From: a virus
DNA length: 64,000 nucleotides
Virus record (IMG/VR): IMGVR_UViG_3300012001_000006
Location: 17,266-81,265 of that record
Strand: one strand, 5' to 3'
Under the pieces are notes generated by a model. The model ran no database searches and was not told the origin of the DNA. It saw only the letters and a list, made by a program, of their open reading frames with translations. Numbering within the stretch: position 1 is the stretch's first letter; each line of letters starts with the position of its first letter. The position numbers and the translations under genes are program-made. Below, piece after piece: positions 36,801 through 46,792 of this stretch.

Positions 36801-38869
36801 GTGATCGCCGAGTTGCGTGTTGGCGTGCCGTTCACCAGTACCGCCGGATCGTAAACCTTGACCGTCTTTTGCTTGTAACTGTCCGTCTTGTCGAAGTAGG
36901 TAACGTCAATACTATTGGCGCGATCGGCGGTGCCGAGCCAGGTTTCCTTGTATGTGTTTTCGATCATATTGGCGACCGAGAACATCATTACCGGCGTAGC
37001 GGGCGCCTCCGTGATGATTGAATACTTGGTGCCGATATTGACCATCTGCGCGTGACCGACGCGCAAAACAAGCTGCGCGGCGTCCCAGACGTTCGACACC
37101 GTGTCAAATGGGCCGTGCCAGGTGAGACCTTCGTCGTCGCAATAGACGGCCCAAGTTTTGAACGCTGAAAAATCGAGGCGGGCAGAGTTGACGCCGGCGC
37201 CATACCGCTTGTTCGTCAACATATCCCACAAGATCCATGCGGGGTTGCTGCTGGCGCTTGGATACCAATTCTCTATCGTCGCCCAACTGCCAGGCAAGCC
37301 GTAGGCGTTAATGATGCGGCCGCCGTTCATGAATGTCACGTTTGGAACGCCGCTAATTGTGTCATCCAGAACGATGCGCAGACCGAGCAGCGCTGTGTTT
37401 GGGTAGGACAGCGTATCGTTGACAATCTCATTAACGTCCGTAAGGTAGACGGTATCCATCACCGATGCGTCGGTCGACTTGGCGTTGGCACGCGAGACGC
37501 GAATGTCGTACTTTCCTTTTTCCAGAGGGCCGGTCTGATATGACCGGCGCACTGCCGACCGCATATTTGCCGTCATATCTGGCGTGTTGCCGTATAGTGG
37601 AACCGTCCCCGTTAAAACACTGCTGCCGCCGCCGTCATTACTGAAAGACGTGACAAGGGCGTTCGCGCTCAGGTACGTAAGCTCCGTTTGGTCGGTAATA
37701 GTTAAGCCAGTGTCGTCATAAGTCCACACATATGTTGGCGTAAGCAAACTGAATGCGCCTGTAACAGCATCCTGCACATAAATTTGACCGTCCTGGCCGG
37801 TCTGAATTACTTGGTCTGGGCCTGGCGCATTGGTGAGTGTAGCGGTGCAGTGGCGTTGACCGATAATGTGTGAGCCGATCGGGACGGGAGTCCAGCTTGA
37901 CGCGCCAACCAGGCGGTAGTCCATATTCAACACGACCGTCTGTTCCGAGGTCGATCCGTCGTTCAAGTCAGTCCTGCTCAAACCATACGGTGCGGTGAAG
38001 TCGAGGCGAAACGCATCCACGATCGCTTGAGTCGTGTAGTGGATATAGTCCTGTGATGTTTCCAGCCCCAAGCTGTGTGAGGTTGTAACGCCGCTAAACC
38101 AAGGTATTGGCGTTTGGTTCTGGTTGCCGAGTCGGATGTCTGTTTGAACTTGCTTATAGTCCGTGATTGGGTTGTTGTTGATTTGAATGTCGGTAATGCC
38201 CGCGATCGGGCCTTCGCCGGCATTGATCAGCATGTACAGGTCTTGCGTATCACCGTCGTTCACGACGAACATATCAATTACGTTCCCGGCGGTACGAAAC
38301 TTGCCGTATGAAACTGGCACCGGCGCCCCCTCAACGGAGGTAAGTTTTGCGCCATCAATGCCGTACGTTGTCGAGCTGGTGCTTGAATTGGTTGGCTTGC
38401 TTGGCGCGAGGATGCCTTGAATCAGCATCGATCCCGCCACCATAACGATGCCTTGGGCTAATCCAACACTCACGCCCATATCACCGGCAAAGGCGGCAAA
38501 GCCAGCGCCGCCCGTCATGACGCCAAGCGCGATAATCGCAATGATCGCCACAATTTGCTTCGCGCCGTTACTGCCTGCCGGTACAGGGCAGACAACCAAA
38601 TTGTCCGTCCTGTCCAAATACGTTACCGCAAACTTGTCGCTTTCAACAATCTTCCCATTGACCGACACGACGACCAGATCAGCAACGATTGGGAAGTAGT
38701 CTTGAAGGGTTTTTTTAGCGCCCCAAAGCACTGTCTCGCGCACGAACTCACGCGGGTTGAATGGATTGGTAACGCGAATGACGGGAATCTCGACAGGCTG
38801 AGCAAGCTCGCTCGTCTTGGATCTGCGTACGCGTTTTTTAAGCGATTTTTTAGTGACCGACGTATTCAT
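33851..38869 (-). CDS. Tail tip attachment / host-specificity protein (lambda J-like)
   Basis: PVPVSYGK, AGEGPI, YPNTALLG, SSNPAWILWDML..RYG, coiled coil, QYTVKID..GY..G. Confidence 0.9.
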   Translation of the reverse strand: MNTSVTKKSLKKRVRRSKTSELAQPVEIPVIRVTNPFNPREFVRETVLWGAKKTLQDYFPIVADLVVVSVNGKIVESDKFAVTYLDRTDNLVVCPVPAGSNGAKQIVAIIAIIALGVMTGGAGFAAFAGDMGVSVGLAQGIVMVAGSMLIQGILAPSKPTNSSTSSTTYGIDGAKLTSVEGAPVPVSYGKFRTAGNVIDMFVVNDGDTQDLYMLINAGEGPIAGITDIQINNNPITDYKQVQTDIRLGNQNQTPIPWFSGVTTSHSLGLETSQDYIHYTTQAIVDAFRLDFTAPYGLSRTDLNDGSTSEQTVVLNMDYRLVGASSWTPVPIGSHIIGQRHCTATLTNAPGPDQVIQTGQDGQIYVQDAVTGAFSLLTPTYVWTYDDTGLTITDQTELTYLSANALVTSFSNDGGGSSVLTGTVPLYGNTPDMTANMRSAVRRSYQTGPLEKGKYDIRVSRANAKSTDASVMDTVYLTDVNEIVNDTLSYPNTALLGLRIVLDDTISGVPNVTFMNGGRIINAYGLPGSWATIENWYPSASSNPAWILWDMLTNKRYGAGVNSARLDFSAFKTWAVYCDDEGLTWHGPFDTVSNVWDAAQLVLRVGHAQMVNIGTKYSIITEAPATPVMMFSVANMIENTYKETWLGTADRANSIDVTYFDKTDSYKQKTVKVYDPAVLVNGTPTRNSAITMYGVDNAETAFKEAQFMMNLNRYILKTVSFSAPLEAISCTVGSLIYVQHDMPNWAQAGRFNDDNTASVVQLDRPVTMEAGKQYMLLALHDTQQQAAGAIYNIAGDSIFLTGYNGMKTVKRLKVGTIDVRASATFDQGGGSYGVIVDDPAGLVVGAAYTLWDTDVVEEVNVVNVPGDTSVITLQTPMIQTAALYGNWMFGEVGKVKQAFRVTSIIGSHEYRRDITALQYDPLVYDFGRYGTTTPPVIHPEDSIIGPVMDLVMYEETYVSGSNIVSKAVASWALPQTGMYDGADIYVKKNDGPQIKIGSVPHRTDTAIDTAKGDVLTVTVVAYDAFGKRCALAISPSITYTVIGELPKVNVGSVTGAEFIWSGKNCKISWRYNSLTHSYEFGSEPVGADAGALDPQFKDYEIKIFDKAGVTLRRTEYVTASNYTYSYEHNFEDGIERHLQFQIRMRDKSNNLGPITTLDAYNPPPIVLGTDSTATYNSAAISYAHSEDPDFAGATIWLSQNANDLSDAGIATYGDTFVVFDGPDKAITLSKLMFNADYYYRIAAYDAFGKTELLPSAVTHFKTPYMDVDAIAGGVLKDSQLITTLQDRINLVDGPVGLLGSVAARVLAEATERGTAITNLANSVNTTTDAISSTLSSVSAVTNNNTAVISTEITARTTADSALSARIDAVAASTDTNTAAIVTETTARTTADSALATTISALMATVDDNTASIATETTVRANADSASAAAISTISSTVADHTTAIGVQATSINGLAAQYTVKIDNNGYVSGYGLASTTINGVPVSEFMVRADSFSVVMPGYPNVYPFTIGAVGGTPAVIISTALIGDASIATAKIGDAQINTLKIAGNAVTVPSYVSGAYSASGLVAGSLVQIASLTLSFNDAVNVLTVANWQASQTGSGFTGGNTRFMVKVDGNTYLDWADTAYGGVTQSHIASAKVFLGAGTHTFTMWVGNNWTDGTWDLAAWGVTFLGVMR

Positions 38870-39242
38870 AGAATCCCACAATTCTTTGCTTCCAACTTTC
38901 AACTTGAACAATCGACACGCCGCCTGAGTGTTCCCACGTATGAATCATTTGGTACTGGTTAATCATGTAGCCGACATGTGCGACGTACCGCCCTACCCGA
39001 ATCAGCACCACGGCGCCTGGCCGCTGCTTAACTTCTTTCCATTGCGGCAGGGTCGCGCCCATCATTGCCGCGACAAGTGCTTGGTCGCTGGCGAATCCGA
39101 AGTCAGGTAATGACTTACCTTGGCGCCGATGCAAATCCATGATCAAGCCGTAGCAGTCGAACCTTGCAGGGCCGCGGCCGCCGTATTGGAATGGGACACC
39201 AATCAGGTCTGCGAAGTCGATCGGCACTTCCTGATTAGCCAT
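38850..39242 (-). CDS. NlpC/P60 tail assembly peptidase (lambda K-like)
   Basis: IGVPFQYGGRG..FDCYGL, HVG, IH. Confidence 0.88.
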   Translation of the reverse strand: MANQEVPIDFADLIGVPFQYGGRGPARFDCYGLIMDLHRRQGKSLPDFGFASDQALVAAMMGATLPQWKEVKQRPGAVVLIRVGRYVAHVGYMINQYQMIHTWEHSGGVSIVQVESWKQRIVGFYEYVGH

Positions 39243-39867
39243 ACGACACGTTCTGGTTGCTGATGCCGGGGAATGCGCCGAAGTTCGCCTGGTTGCCGTG
39301 CGCCTCGCAGCCATTGATGCCACGCAACGACAGGTCGCAGGAAGTCATCGCTCCCTGATACCCGCACTCGACCCCCTTGAAACGAAACTGACAGTAATCG
39401 CGCGTCTGGATACGCAACGGGAAGGTTTTTGTGATGATGTTTTCGGCGCCGAGCGTGAATGTGCAGGTGTAATTTGTTGAGGTCGCGCCGATCACGACGA
39501 AGTATTCGACGACTTCTGGCGGCTGTGCTAGGTTGCCGGCGTTCACAACCGAGATCGCCACATTGAAGCCGACACCGCCCCCGTAAAGCTGCATTTGAGA
39601 TTGCACCGCCAGCGAGTGGTCGTTCATCGTGAGATTCACAGACGACTGCTTGCCAGACTCCTCCCGCAGCTCGATATCGAAGCTGGCCGGCAGGTAGGTA
39701 TGACCGTTAAAGACGATCTCTTCCGTGTTGCGGACTAGGTTCATCGTCTGCACGACGGCGCCTGTGATCGGATTGACGACATCGATATCCAGGCAGATTA
39801 GCCAGGGAACGTCGGAAGAAAGCCGGTTCTTCTCAATAATGCTGGCGACGGAAAGTGATTTACTCAT
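39235..39867 (-). CDS. Minor tail protein (lambda L-like)
   Basis: C-terminal CQFRFKGVECGY...CD....GCEAHGN..NFGAFPG. Confidence 0.85.
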   Translation of the reverse strand: MSKSLSVASIIEKNRLSSDVPWLICLDIDVVNPITGAVVQTMNLVRNTEEIVFNGHTYLPASFDIELREESGKQSSVNLTMNDHSLAVQSQMQLYGGGVGFNVAISVVNAGNLAQPPEVVEYFVVIGATSTNYTCTFTLGAENIITKTFPLRIQTRDYCQFRFKGVECGYQGAMTSCDLSLRGINGCEAHGNQANFGAFPGISNQNVSYG

Positions 39868-39873
39868 GCCGGC

Positions 39874-39903
39874 ATTATATATCAGTCAGTTGTGACTTAT
39901 CAA
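39874..39903 (-). promoter_or_regulatory. Sigma70-like promoter with palindrome in the spacer, upstream of the L-like gene
   Basis: TTGATA - N18 - TATAAT; TCAGTCA-GTTG-TGACTTA at 39882-39899. Confidence 0.7.
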
Positions 39904-39907
39904 GTGA

Positions 39908-40273
39908 TTACGCCTGTTGCAAGGAAAACTGAACATCCCAACGCTGCGCGGTGCCGATGCCGGTGTACTTAAAGTTTAGCTTCTTATCCATAAATCGCAC
40001 CTGAAAGACCGCCTTGTCGATCGGATCAGTCCAGGCAAAAATCACCGAGCCGCCCTTCACGGTGTCGTAAAACGCCTGAAGTGCGCCGCGATCCGCGTTC
40101 GACAGGTTCGTGAAGCCGGACGTGAAGGAGCGGCGTGGCGCGCGGGTCGTCTTGGCGCGCGAGACAACGTAGCCGCCATCCATCTTCGACTGCATCGATA
40201 CGTCTTCCTGCTCGACGGAGTAGAATTTGGAATCCTGACCTGTTGAAAGCGTTGGGAAGATAGGGGTGGTCAT
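39908..40273 (-). CDS. Distal / minor tail protein (lambda M-like)
   Basis: Follows tape measure; MDGGY, FAWTDP. Confidence 0.75.
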   Translation of the reverse strand: MTTPIFPTLSTGQDSKFYSVEQEDVSMQSKMDGGYVVSRAKTTRAPRRSFTSGFTNLSNADRGALQAFYDTVKGGSVIFAWTDPIDKAVFQVRFMDKKLNFKYTGIGTAQRWDVQFSLQQA

Positions 40274-40283
40274 TTACATATCC

Positions 40284-43200
40284 TTATTTTAGCGCCGACT
40301 TCATACCGGAGCGGAAGCCGCCGGCCTGGTTCGCCGCGGTTAGAACGACATCTAAAATCATTTGGGCGCCATCCATGCGCGGCTGACCCTGCTGAGCGCT
40401 AACAGGCTGGCCGCTTTGGTTAATAACGTTGACGGTTACGTTTGGCGCCGAATTTCCCTGCTGGCTGCCCTTCATTGTTACAGGGATGCTGCGACCGTCT
40501 GGAAGCGGCACGTATGCTTCGGGGCCAGCCTCGCCGTAGATCGCGACCTGCGGGCTGTTCGCGATGCCGCCGGAGGCGTATTTGCGCAACTCCATCGACC
40601 CCATGCTTGTCATGACGCCGCCGTTCGCAAAGGCGGTCGCGTAATCTGCGTACGTTAAGCCGTCGATGTTCTGGCCGTAAAAGTTCGAGCCGCCTAATCC
40701 ACCGCCTAATCCACCGCCTAATCCACCGCCAGAGGCGCCTGCGCGAAGATTATTCATAAACGTGGTCAAGGCGGCGTTAGTGCTGCCAACCGTAGTCGTC
40801 ATACTCGCTAGAGCCGTTGTATTTGCGGTGGTCGCTGATGTCTCGGCGGACTTGCTTGCCGTCTTTGTCACGCCGCCACCCAATGACGAACCACCACCGA
40901 ACAGACCGCTAAGAAAGTTCGTGCCGGCGCTGACGACGCTCTTCAATGAATCACCAATCGCCTTTTTAATCGCCACGTCCGCTATGCTTGTCAAAACCGA
41001 CTGCATGTAGCCGAGGATGTTATCCTTGAACTGCTTCATGCGGCTTTCGCCTTTCGTCATCGACTTTTCAAGCAGCGAAACGAAGCCTGATGCCCATTGA
41101 TCTTGCAGGCTATTAAGCTGTTGCGTCGTATCTTGCCATTGACGATTTAAGCTAACAATAGGCTGTTCCAGAGCGTGCGCAAGCTCCTGGGCCTGCCTCG
41201 TCATGGTCAAGTTGTGCTGCGCCTGTTCTTTCTCAATCAGCGCGTCGGATTTAGCATTGATGCCGACAATTTCGTCCGCGGTTGAGGAGGCGATTTCCGT
41301 TTCGCGCCGCTTGTTAAACTCGAATACGCGTTGCGCCGTTTCGTCATTTTCCTTCTTGTTTGCCTCGCTGAACTGCTGACGGATCGCGTCATCGTGGGTT
41401 ATATCCCACTTCGGAATCTTGTTCTTCTGCGTGACATCGGCGGTATTGTTCGCCAAGTCTGCGCCGGCCTGATTGAAGAGCGCCTTATTCTTCGCCCTCT
41501 CCCATTCTGCAAACCCCACCGTGCCGGCTTTCAGACTCTCCCCCGTACGGGCGAACTCCCTGTCCAGCGCGCGAAGTGCGTCCGACTGCTTGGTCAAGCT
41601 GCCGCCGTTCATACGCTCCATCGCGGCGTCAAACTCGCCCGACGTTGCGGCCGCGCGCTCATTTGCGTAGACGACCGCCTTGGTCTGCGCAGCCAGCAGC
41701 ATTTCTTGTGCTGTTTTCGCTTTTAGCCTATTGATTTCGTCGGAGTCGGCGGCGGGTCGTACCTTGATTGGCTTGCCGTTCTTGTCTTTCGCATCCTTGT
41801 CGTACTTTCCGGCGGCCCGATTGCCCTCGATGATCGACGCAGCTTCATCTTTCAAGGTTGCGAGCTTTTCGCCACCCGAGATGAGCGCCTTGAGCTTTGC
41901 TTCCTGTGCGCCAAGTTTGCCGTCAGCTTCCGCGAGCGCAGCCGTCAGTGGATCTTCGCGATTAGCGCGACCACCATGTCCGCCAGTGACGTTTGCGGCG
42001 TCAATGACCCGCTGCGCGGCTGCGTCAGCGCCCGTTTTCGCAACCGGCTTCGCCACTACTGGCGCGACCGGCGGCAACCCTAGCCCTGCCGCTTCGCGAT
42101 CAGCTTGACGCTGCGCCGCCTGACGCTCCTCCCATGTGCCTTTTTTACGATCTGCCTTCTCTTTTTCCGTCAGCGTGCCGGACGCAAGGCGTCCGTTGTA
42201 TGACTCGCCGTTCCGATCGTCTCTTTCGGCCGCCAGGCGCATCTTGCCGGCTTCGTCGGTGAAGAATGCGCGCGTCTTGGATACCGCGTCCGCGATTGTG
42301 TCGTAAAACCGCGCGCCGAACGAAATAGCCCAATCGATCACCTTCGCACCACCAACCTCCAGGTTGGCAACCCAATCGGTCAACTGGTACAGCATCGCCA
42401 GTTCGCCGATGATCGGAATCATCTTGAGGAATGCGGAGCCAATCTTACCGGCGATACCGATCATCTTGGCGCCGGCGCCCAATACCATTTCGCCGGCACT
42501 TACCGCACCCGCGCCGAACTTACCGAGCGACGGAACTGCCGTTGCGATCTTCTCGCCGACGCCGCCGATCGCGTTACCCATCCCTGCGTAACCTGGAATG
42601 GAGGCGGCGACCTTGCTGGCTGATTCACCGATATTCACGTTCCACTTCGCGCTTTCAACATTCCCCAGGCCGAACATGCGCGTCAAGAGCGAGCCGGAGT
42701 TGGTGACTGTGCCAAATGCGCTGGATGCCGCGGTTGCGCCGCCGGCCATGTTGCGCAAGATACTCACGAACGAGCCGGCCATACCGAACATACTGGCGAA
42801 GCCTTTGAACGCCAGTACCGCACCACCAATTGACGCTGCGATCGCGCCAAACTGAACCACCATCGGGTTCGCTGTTGCAAACTCTTTGGCTTTCTGCACG
42901 ATGCTTGAAAACGCAGTCAAAAGCTCTTTCAAGACCGGCAATAGCTGCGTACCGACCAGCATCGCAACGTCGGTCGCTTGCGCCTTGAAGTCCTTCATCT
43001 GGCGGTCGTACGTTTGCTGCAAATCCTTGTCAACCCCGTCAATTCCCTTCGAGCCTGTAATCGTCTTGCTCTGCTCGGCCAAACGCTTCTGTGAGCGTGG
43101 GTCGCCGGCGGTCATCAGCGCTTGCGCGGCGGTCGTGGTGATCCCCAGATGGGCCAGGTACATCGACACGGCAGTCATCTGGTTCTCGGCAGAGTTGACA

Positions 43201-45092
43201 TCCTTGCCTTGGTAGAACTTCGCGACGTTGCCTTGCTTCTGCGTGTACGCGATGATGTCCGGCATGATCGACTGCACCGCGGCGACCGGATTTTTCAGCC
43301 ACAGGTCGGCATTCTTGAAGCCGCCATGCTTGGCATCCTTCAAGACGCCGGCGTTGTCTTTCGACATATCGAGACCGGAGGTATTCATCACGCCGGCGCC
43401 CGCGAATTCCTTAACTGCTTCGCTGCTCAAGCCTTTACCGAGCGCGTAGGACTGCATCATCTTGAACGCGGTGCCGACCGTAGACACGCCGCCGGCCGAA
43501 CCACCGCCGTCGCCGCCGCCTGCAACCTTGAATTGATCAACCACGCCTGCAAGGTTGATCAGGCCCGCGTCGCTCAACTGACCGGCGCCGACACCCAGGC
43601 GTCGCAGCACCGTTTCAATGTCTTGCGTCTGCACCTTGCCGGCCGTGCCGATCGAAATCTTCTGCAAGGTCTCGAACGTGCGCTTTGTGGCTTCAGGATC
43701 AGCCGTTTGTTGCCGCATTTCGGCCACGCCGTACATATTGCGAATGGTCGATTGCGTGTCGCCATGCACCAAATCGAGCGACTTCAGATTGTTCGAAGCC
43801 TTGACCGCGGACTCAAGCGTCTTGTTGATGATGTCCGCGTTGTTCGAGCCGATCGAGGCGATCGCCGACATGCGCGACTTGATCGCGTCCAGTGTCGAGA
43901 GGAACTTCAGATTGTTGCTCATCGCTTCCGAATCGGCATAGATGCCGGCTTCTTCCGCTTTTGGCAGGTTCAACGCGCCGACGATCACCTTCTGGCGCTG
44001 CATCTCGTCAGCCGCGCCGATCGATGCGCCGATACCCTTTTCAATCTTGGCGCCGGCGTACATCTGCGCCATGCCCTTCCACATCTGGCCCATCGAGGCG
44101 ACTTGCGCGCGCTGCTCCTCGAAGCGCTGCCGTTCGGACAGTTGGAAGTTGCGAATTTGTGCGGCCGACTCATCGGCGTTCGCGCGACGTTCAGCGAAGG
44201 CGGCCTTGTCAGCCTCGCGACGCATCTTGGTCAGGCGAATGATCTCTTCCGCGTTTGACTGCTCAACGTGAGCTAGAACGCCTGCCGCGCCTGCCTGTTG
44301 CGTGGTGAGCTGGATCGACTTCTCGATCTCGGCATTCTTCCACTTCATCTCATTGATGGTGGCCTGAACGTGAGCGGCTTCAGCCTGTGCCTCTGCTGCG
44401 CCGGCCGCGAACGGTGCGGCGTCCTTTCGAATCTGCGCGCCGGTGGCGGCATTCTTGCCGAAGTAATTCTTTGCCGGCGCGACGTTCGCGTCGTACAGGT
44501 GATCCAGCTTGCGCTGAAGCGCGGTTAGTTCCGCAACCGCCCTCTCGCGCTCGGCGATGATTTTGACGTTACCCTGGCGCTCTACCTCCAGCGCCTTGAT
44601 CTTGTTTGCCGCTGTGCCTTCGATCGCGCGCTTGCCGCTGGCGACGCTGTTCGTGTTGGCCTCATCGAGCTGGAGAATACTGGCAACCGTCTTGCGAATA
44701 GCGGGGCCGAGCGAGTCGAGACTTTCGCTATACAGCTTTGTCCACTTGTCGGCGCCGGTCGAGGTCGCTCGTTTGTTTGCGTCCGCAAGCGCATCAACGC
44801 CCTGCGCGGCAGCTTTTGATTTGGAGCCGATCGCGTCGAGCTTCGTGACGGTCTCTGCCATTTGGCTGACCATCGCCTGAAGCGTCTTGCCGACTGCGCC
44901 GAAGCCGCCAGCAAAGGCGGCGATCTCTTTGGTGAGGCCGGAGACTGAACCCTCGATCGAGTCGGCCACCTTGCCGAAGCTCTTCAGCCCTGCCTCGAAT
45001 ACCTTGACGACCTCGCCGGCACTTTTGGTCTTGACGCTGAATCCAGCGTCTTCGAGAGTTAATACGACCTTGATGTCTTTGCTAATCGTCAT
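40284..45092 (-). CDS. Tail tape measure protein
   Basis: 1602 aa, Ala-rich and helical; C-terminal FANGG, YASGG, GEAGPEAYVPL. Confidence 0.92.
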   Translation of the reverse strand: MTISKDIKVVLTLEDAGFSVKTKSAGEVVKVFEAGLKSFGKVADSIEGSVSGLTKEIAAFAGGFGAVGKTLQAMVSQMAETVTKLDAIGSKSKAAAQGVDALADANKRATSTGADKWTKLYSESLDSLGPAIRKTVASILQLDEANTNSVASGKRAIEGTAANKIKALEVERQGNVKIIAERERAVAELTALQRKLDHLYDANVAPAKNYFGKNAATGAQIRKDAAPFAAGAAEAQAEAAHVQATINEMKWKNAEIEKSIQLTTQQAGAAGVLAHVEQSNAEEIIRLTKMRREADKAAFAERRANADESAAQIRNFQLSERQRFEEQRAQVASMGQMWKGMAQMYAGAKIEKGIGASIGAADEMQRQKVIVGALNLPKAEEAGIYADSEAMSNNLKFLSTLDAIKSRMSAIASIGSNNADIINKTLESAVKASNNLKSLDLVHGDTQSTIRNMYGVAEMRQQTADPEATKRTFETLQKISIGTAGKVQTQDIETVLRRLGVGAGQLSDAGLINLAGVVDQFKVAGGGDGGGSAGGVSTVGTAFKMMQSYALGKGLSSEAVKEFAGAGVMNTSGLDMSKDNAGVLKDAKHGGFKNADLWLKNPVAAVQSIMPDIIAYTQKQGNVAKFYQGKDVNSAENQMTAVSMYLAHLGITTTAAQALMTAGDPRSQKRLAEQSKTITGSKGIDGVDKDLQQTYDRQMKDFKAQATDVAMLVGTQLLPVLKELLTAFSSIVQKAKEFATANPMVVQFGAIAASIGGAVLAFKGFASMFGMAGSFVSILRNMAGGATAASSAFGTVTNSGSLLTRMFGLGNVESAKWNVNIGESASKVAASIPGYAGMGNAIGGVGEKIATAVPSLGKFGAGAVSAGEMVLGAGAKMIGIAGKIGSAFLKMIPIIGELAMLYQLTDWVANLEVGGAKVIDWAISFGARFYDTIADAVSKTRAFFTDEAGKMRLAAERDDRNGESYNGRLASGTLTEKEKADRKKGTWEERQAAQRQADREAAGLGLPPVAPVVAKPVAKTGADAAAQRVIDAANVTGGHGGRANREDPLTAALAEADGKLGAQEAKLKALISGGEKLATLKDEAASIIEGNRAAGKYDKDAKDKNGKPIKVRPAADSDEINRLKAKTAQEMLLAAQTKAVVYANERAAATSGEFDAAMERMNGGSLTKQSDALRALDREFARTGESLKAGTVGFAEWERAKNKALFNQAGADLANNTADVTQKNKIPKWDITHDDAIRQQFSEANKKENDETAQRVFEFNKRRETEIASSTADEIVGINAKSDALIEKEQAQHNLTMTRQAQELAHALEQPIVSLNRQWQDTTQQLNSLQDQWASGFVSLLEKSMTKGESRMKQFKDNILGYMQSVLTSIADVAIKKAIGDSLKSVVSAGTNFLSGLFGGGSSLGGGVTKTASKSAETSATTANTTALASMTTTVGSTNAALTTFMNNLRAGASGGGLGGGLGGGLGGSNFYGQNIDGLTYADYATAFANGGVMTSMGSMELRKYASGGIANSPQVAIYGEAGPEAYVPLPDGRSIPVTMKGSQQGNSAPNVTVNVINQSGQPVSAQQGQPRMDGAQMILDVVLTAANQAGGFRSGMKSALK
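40690..40730. repeat. 12-bp tandem repeat in the tape measure gene (GGGL x3)
   Basis: CCGCCTAATCCA x3 plus a partial copy. Confidence 0.85.
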
Positions 45093-45121
45093 GCTGCCCT
45101 CAAGCTATTAAATTTCAGTAA

Positions 45122-45457
45122 TTACGAAAGCCCCTTCAATTCTGCGAAGCCCACCTCGTCTCTTTCATCTATCAACTGCGCCGGTGGCTGGTCTTCCAAC
45201 TTAACCAAGGTGCCTGCCTCGACGACCAAACGCTGTCTGTATGTGGCGGCTCCTTCAGCGCTCTCGCTGCAAACCGCAACCGTCAGCGAGCGCATATCCT
45301 TTTGGGCTTGAATTCGATCGACGTTTCTGCTCATTAGCCAGAACGTCTTCAATGGAAGCGTCATCACTTCCGCGTAGCTCTGGGCGTAAAAGTGCATGAC
45401 TCGACAGAAGAAGAAACCGAAATCGATCTCCTCTATCTGTGCGCCTTTTAGTTTCCC
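45122..45457 (-). CDS. Tail assembly chaperone, -1 frameshifted extension (GT-like)
   Basis: The -1 frame from GGGAAAC reads KLKGAQIEEIDFGFFFCRV without a stop into MHFYAQSY. Confidence 0.8.
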   Translation of the reverse strand, partial: GKLKGAQIEEIDFGFFFCRVMHFYAQSYAEVMTLPLKTFWLMSRNVDRIQAQKDMRSLTVAVCSESAEGAATYRQRLVVEAGTLVKLEDQPPAQLIDERDEVGFAELKGLS

Positions 45458-45789
45458 GCTGGTGTGCCGTCCTCTGCTTTGTCGGCTGGAACGGTGTCGG
45501 CCTGCTCGTTATCGCCGCGTACGAATGCGGTAATCGAGCGCAGCTTTTCCAGCGTGAGACCGCCGAGCGCTTCGCGCGGCAGCGTTGGGACACAGCGAAT
45601 GATCATGTCGATGGTTGCTTCGATCTGGTCAACGATGCTGGCAGCGTCCGAGAGCTTTTCAGCAGCGCGGGTTGTTTCGATGAAGTTGGCAACACTCATC
45701 TCGATCACCGGATAGGTGACGCCTTTGATTACCAATTCGCGTGCTTCTTCGTTGGCGCTCAAAGCGTCCAGGTTCAGGATTTTTGCCAT
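45448..45789 (-). CDS. Tail assembly chaperone (G-like)
   Basis: Between major tail and tape measure; ends G GGA AAC TAA. Confidence 0.85.
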   Translation of the reverse strand: MAKILNLDALSANEEARELVIKGVTYPVIEMSVANFIETTRAAEKLSDAASIVDQIEATIDMIIRCVPTLPREALGGLTLEKLRSITAFVRGDNEQADTVPADKAEDGTPAGN

Positions 45790-45808
45790 TTCAGTATTTC
45801 CTTGTAAG

Positions 45809-45836
45809 GAAGCCCCACCGTATAGGTGGGGCTTCG
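45809..45836 (-). terminator. Hairpin after the major tail gene (possible terminator)
   Basis: GAAGCCCCACC-GTATA-GGTGGGGCTTC; weak U tract. Confidence 0.55.
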
Positions 45837-45848
45837 TTGGTTGGTGAA

Positions 45849-45866
45849 TAAGTCAGGTCTGACTTA
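45849..45866. promoter_or_regulatory. Perfect 18-bp palindrome
   Basis: TAAGTCA-GGTC-TGACTTA between major tail and chaperone genes. Confidence 0.75.
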
Positions 45867-45867
45867 G

Positions 45868-46710
45868 TTAGCTGCCGACAGAAAAGAGCTTGCCGGTGTT
45901 TGGGTCTGGATAGCCGGTGAAATCACAGTTGTACACGCGCTCATTTTCGAGCTTGTATGCAAAGGTCAATCCACCTGCTGTGCCGGCCAGCGGGATCACG
46001 AAATCTTCCGACTGGTCGTTGTCGGGCCGCGACTTCGGATGCAGACGAAGTTCCTTGGCTGTCGACAACAGATCGACACCAACGCCGTTGGTCACATCGA
46101 CGCGAGCGACAGTTCCGTCAACACCGCCGGTCAGGGTTGCGCCGGACACGGTAACGGAGGCGCCGGCAGTGCCGCTCGCCAGCGTGAAGGCGTTGCCGAT
46201 GACGCCGCGCATACCGTACGCGACGTTCACAATCGCGCCGACAGCCGAGTAGGATGCGACGTTGAGGGCGGGAGCGACCGAGCTGTTCAGCACGGCAGCC
46301 AAAGCTGCGGCCGAAGCGGCAGCGGTGGCGCCGATGGTAACTTCATTCACTGCGGCGGCCAGCGTCTTGAAGGTCAGAGTTTGACCATTCACGACGACCG
46401 TTTGACCGGTGGTTGGCTGAACGGCGACAGTCATCTGGCCGGCTGCGGCAACGGCATCCGTTACCAGCGTTGCGCCTGGCATAACCTTCACCAGATTGTC
46501 CAGCGTGGTTTCGGCCATAGGCACCTTGACCGTCACTTCGCGGCCCATGATGTATTCGTTGATGGAGGTTTTGCCGAATTGATCGACTGTGACCTTGTGG
46601 GTGTCCGTCTTTACGGCCACTTCAACGCCGCCTTGGGTGTAACCCAAGTCACCGCCGCCGAAGAAGACCTTACAAACGCCCAACTTGACGTTTCTTGTAT
46701 CACTTGCCAT
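45868..46710 (-). CDS. Major tail (tube) protein
   Basis: VKLGVCKV..DLGYTQGGVEV; AGGAG RBS; position. Confidence 0.85.
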   Translation of the reverse strand: MASDTRNVKLGVCKVFFGGGDLGYTQGGVEVAVKTDTHKVTVDQFGKTSINEYIMGREVTVKVPMAETTLDNLVKVMPGATLVTDAVAAAGQMTVAVQPTTGQTVVVNGQTLTFKTLAAAVNEVTIGATAAASAAALAAVLNSSVAPALNVASYSAVGAIVNVAYGMRGVIGNAFTLASGTAGASVTVSGATLTGGVDGTVARVDVTNGVGVDLLSTAKELRLHPKSRPDNDQSEDFVIPLAGTAGGLTFAYKLENERVYNCDFTGYPDPNTGKLFSVGS

Positions 46711-46792
46711 TTTAAAACTCCTTTGCAAAGGAAAACCGGATGAGATAAGTCAGTACTGACTGCTTGACTATACCACAAAAGAGGCTAAACGC

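Noticed and set aside
28885-38869. Diversity-generating retroelement or invertible tail-fibre cassette
   Set aside because: No reverse transcriptase, template/variable repeat pair or invertase seen
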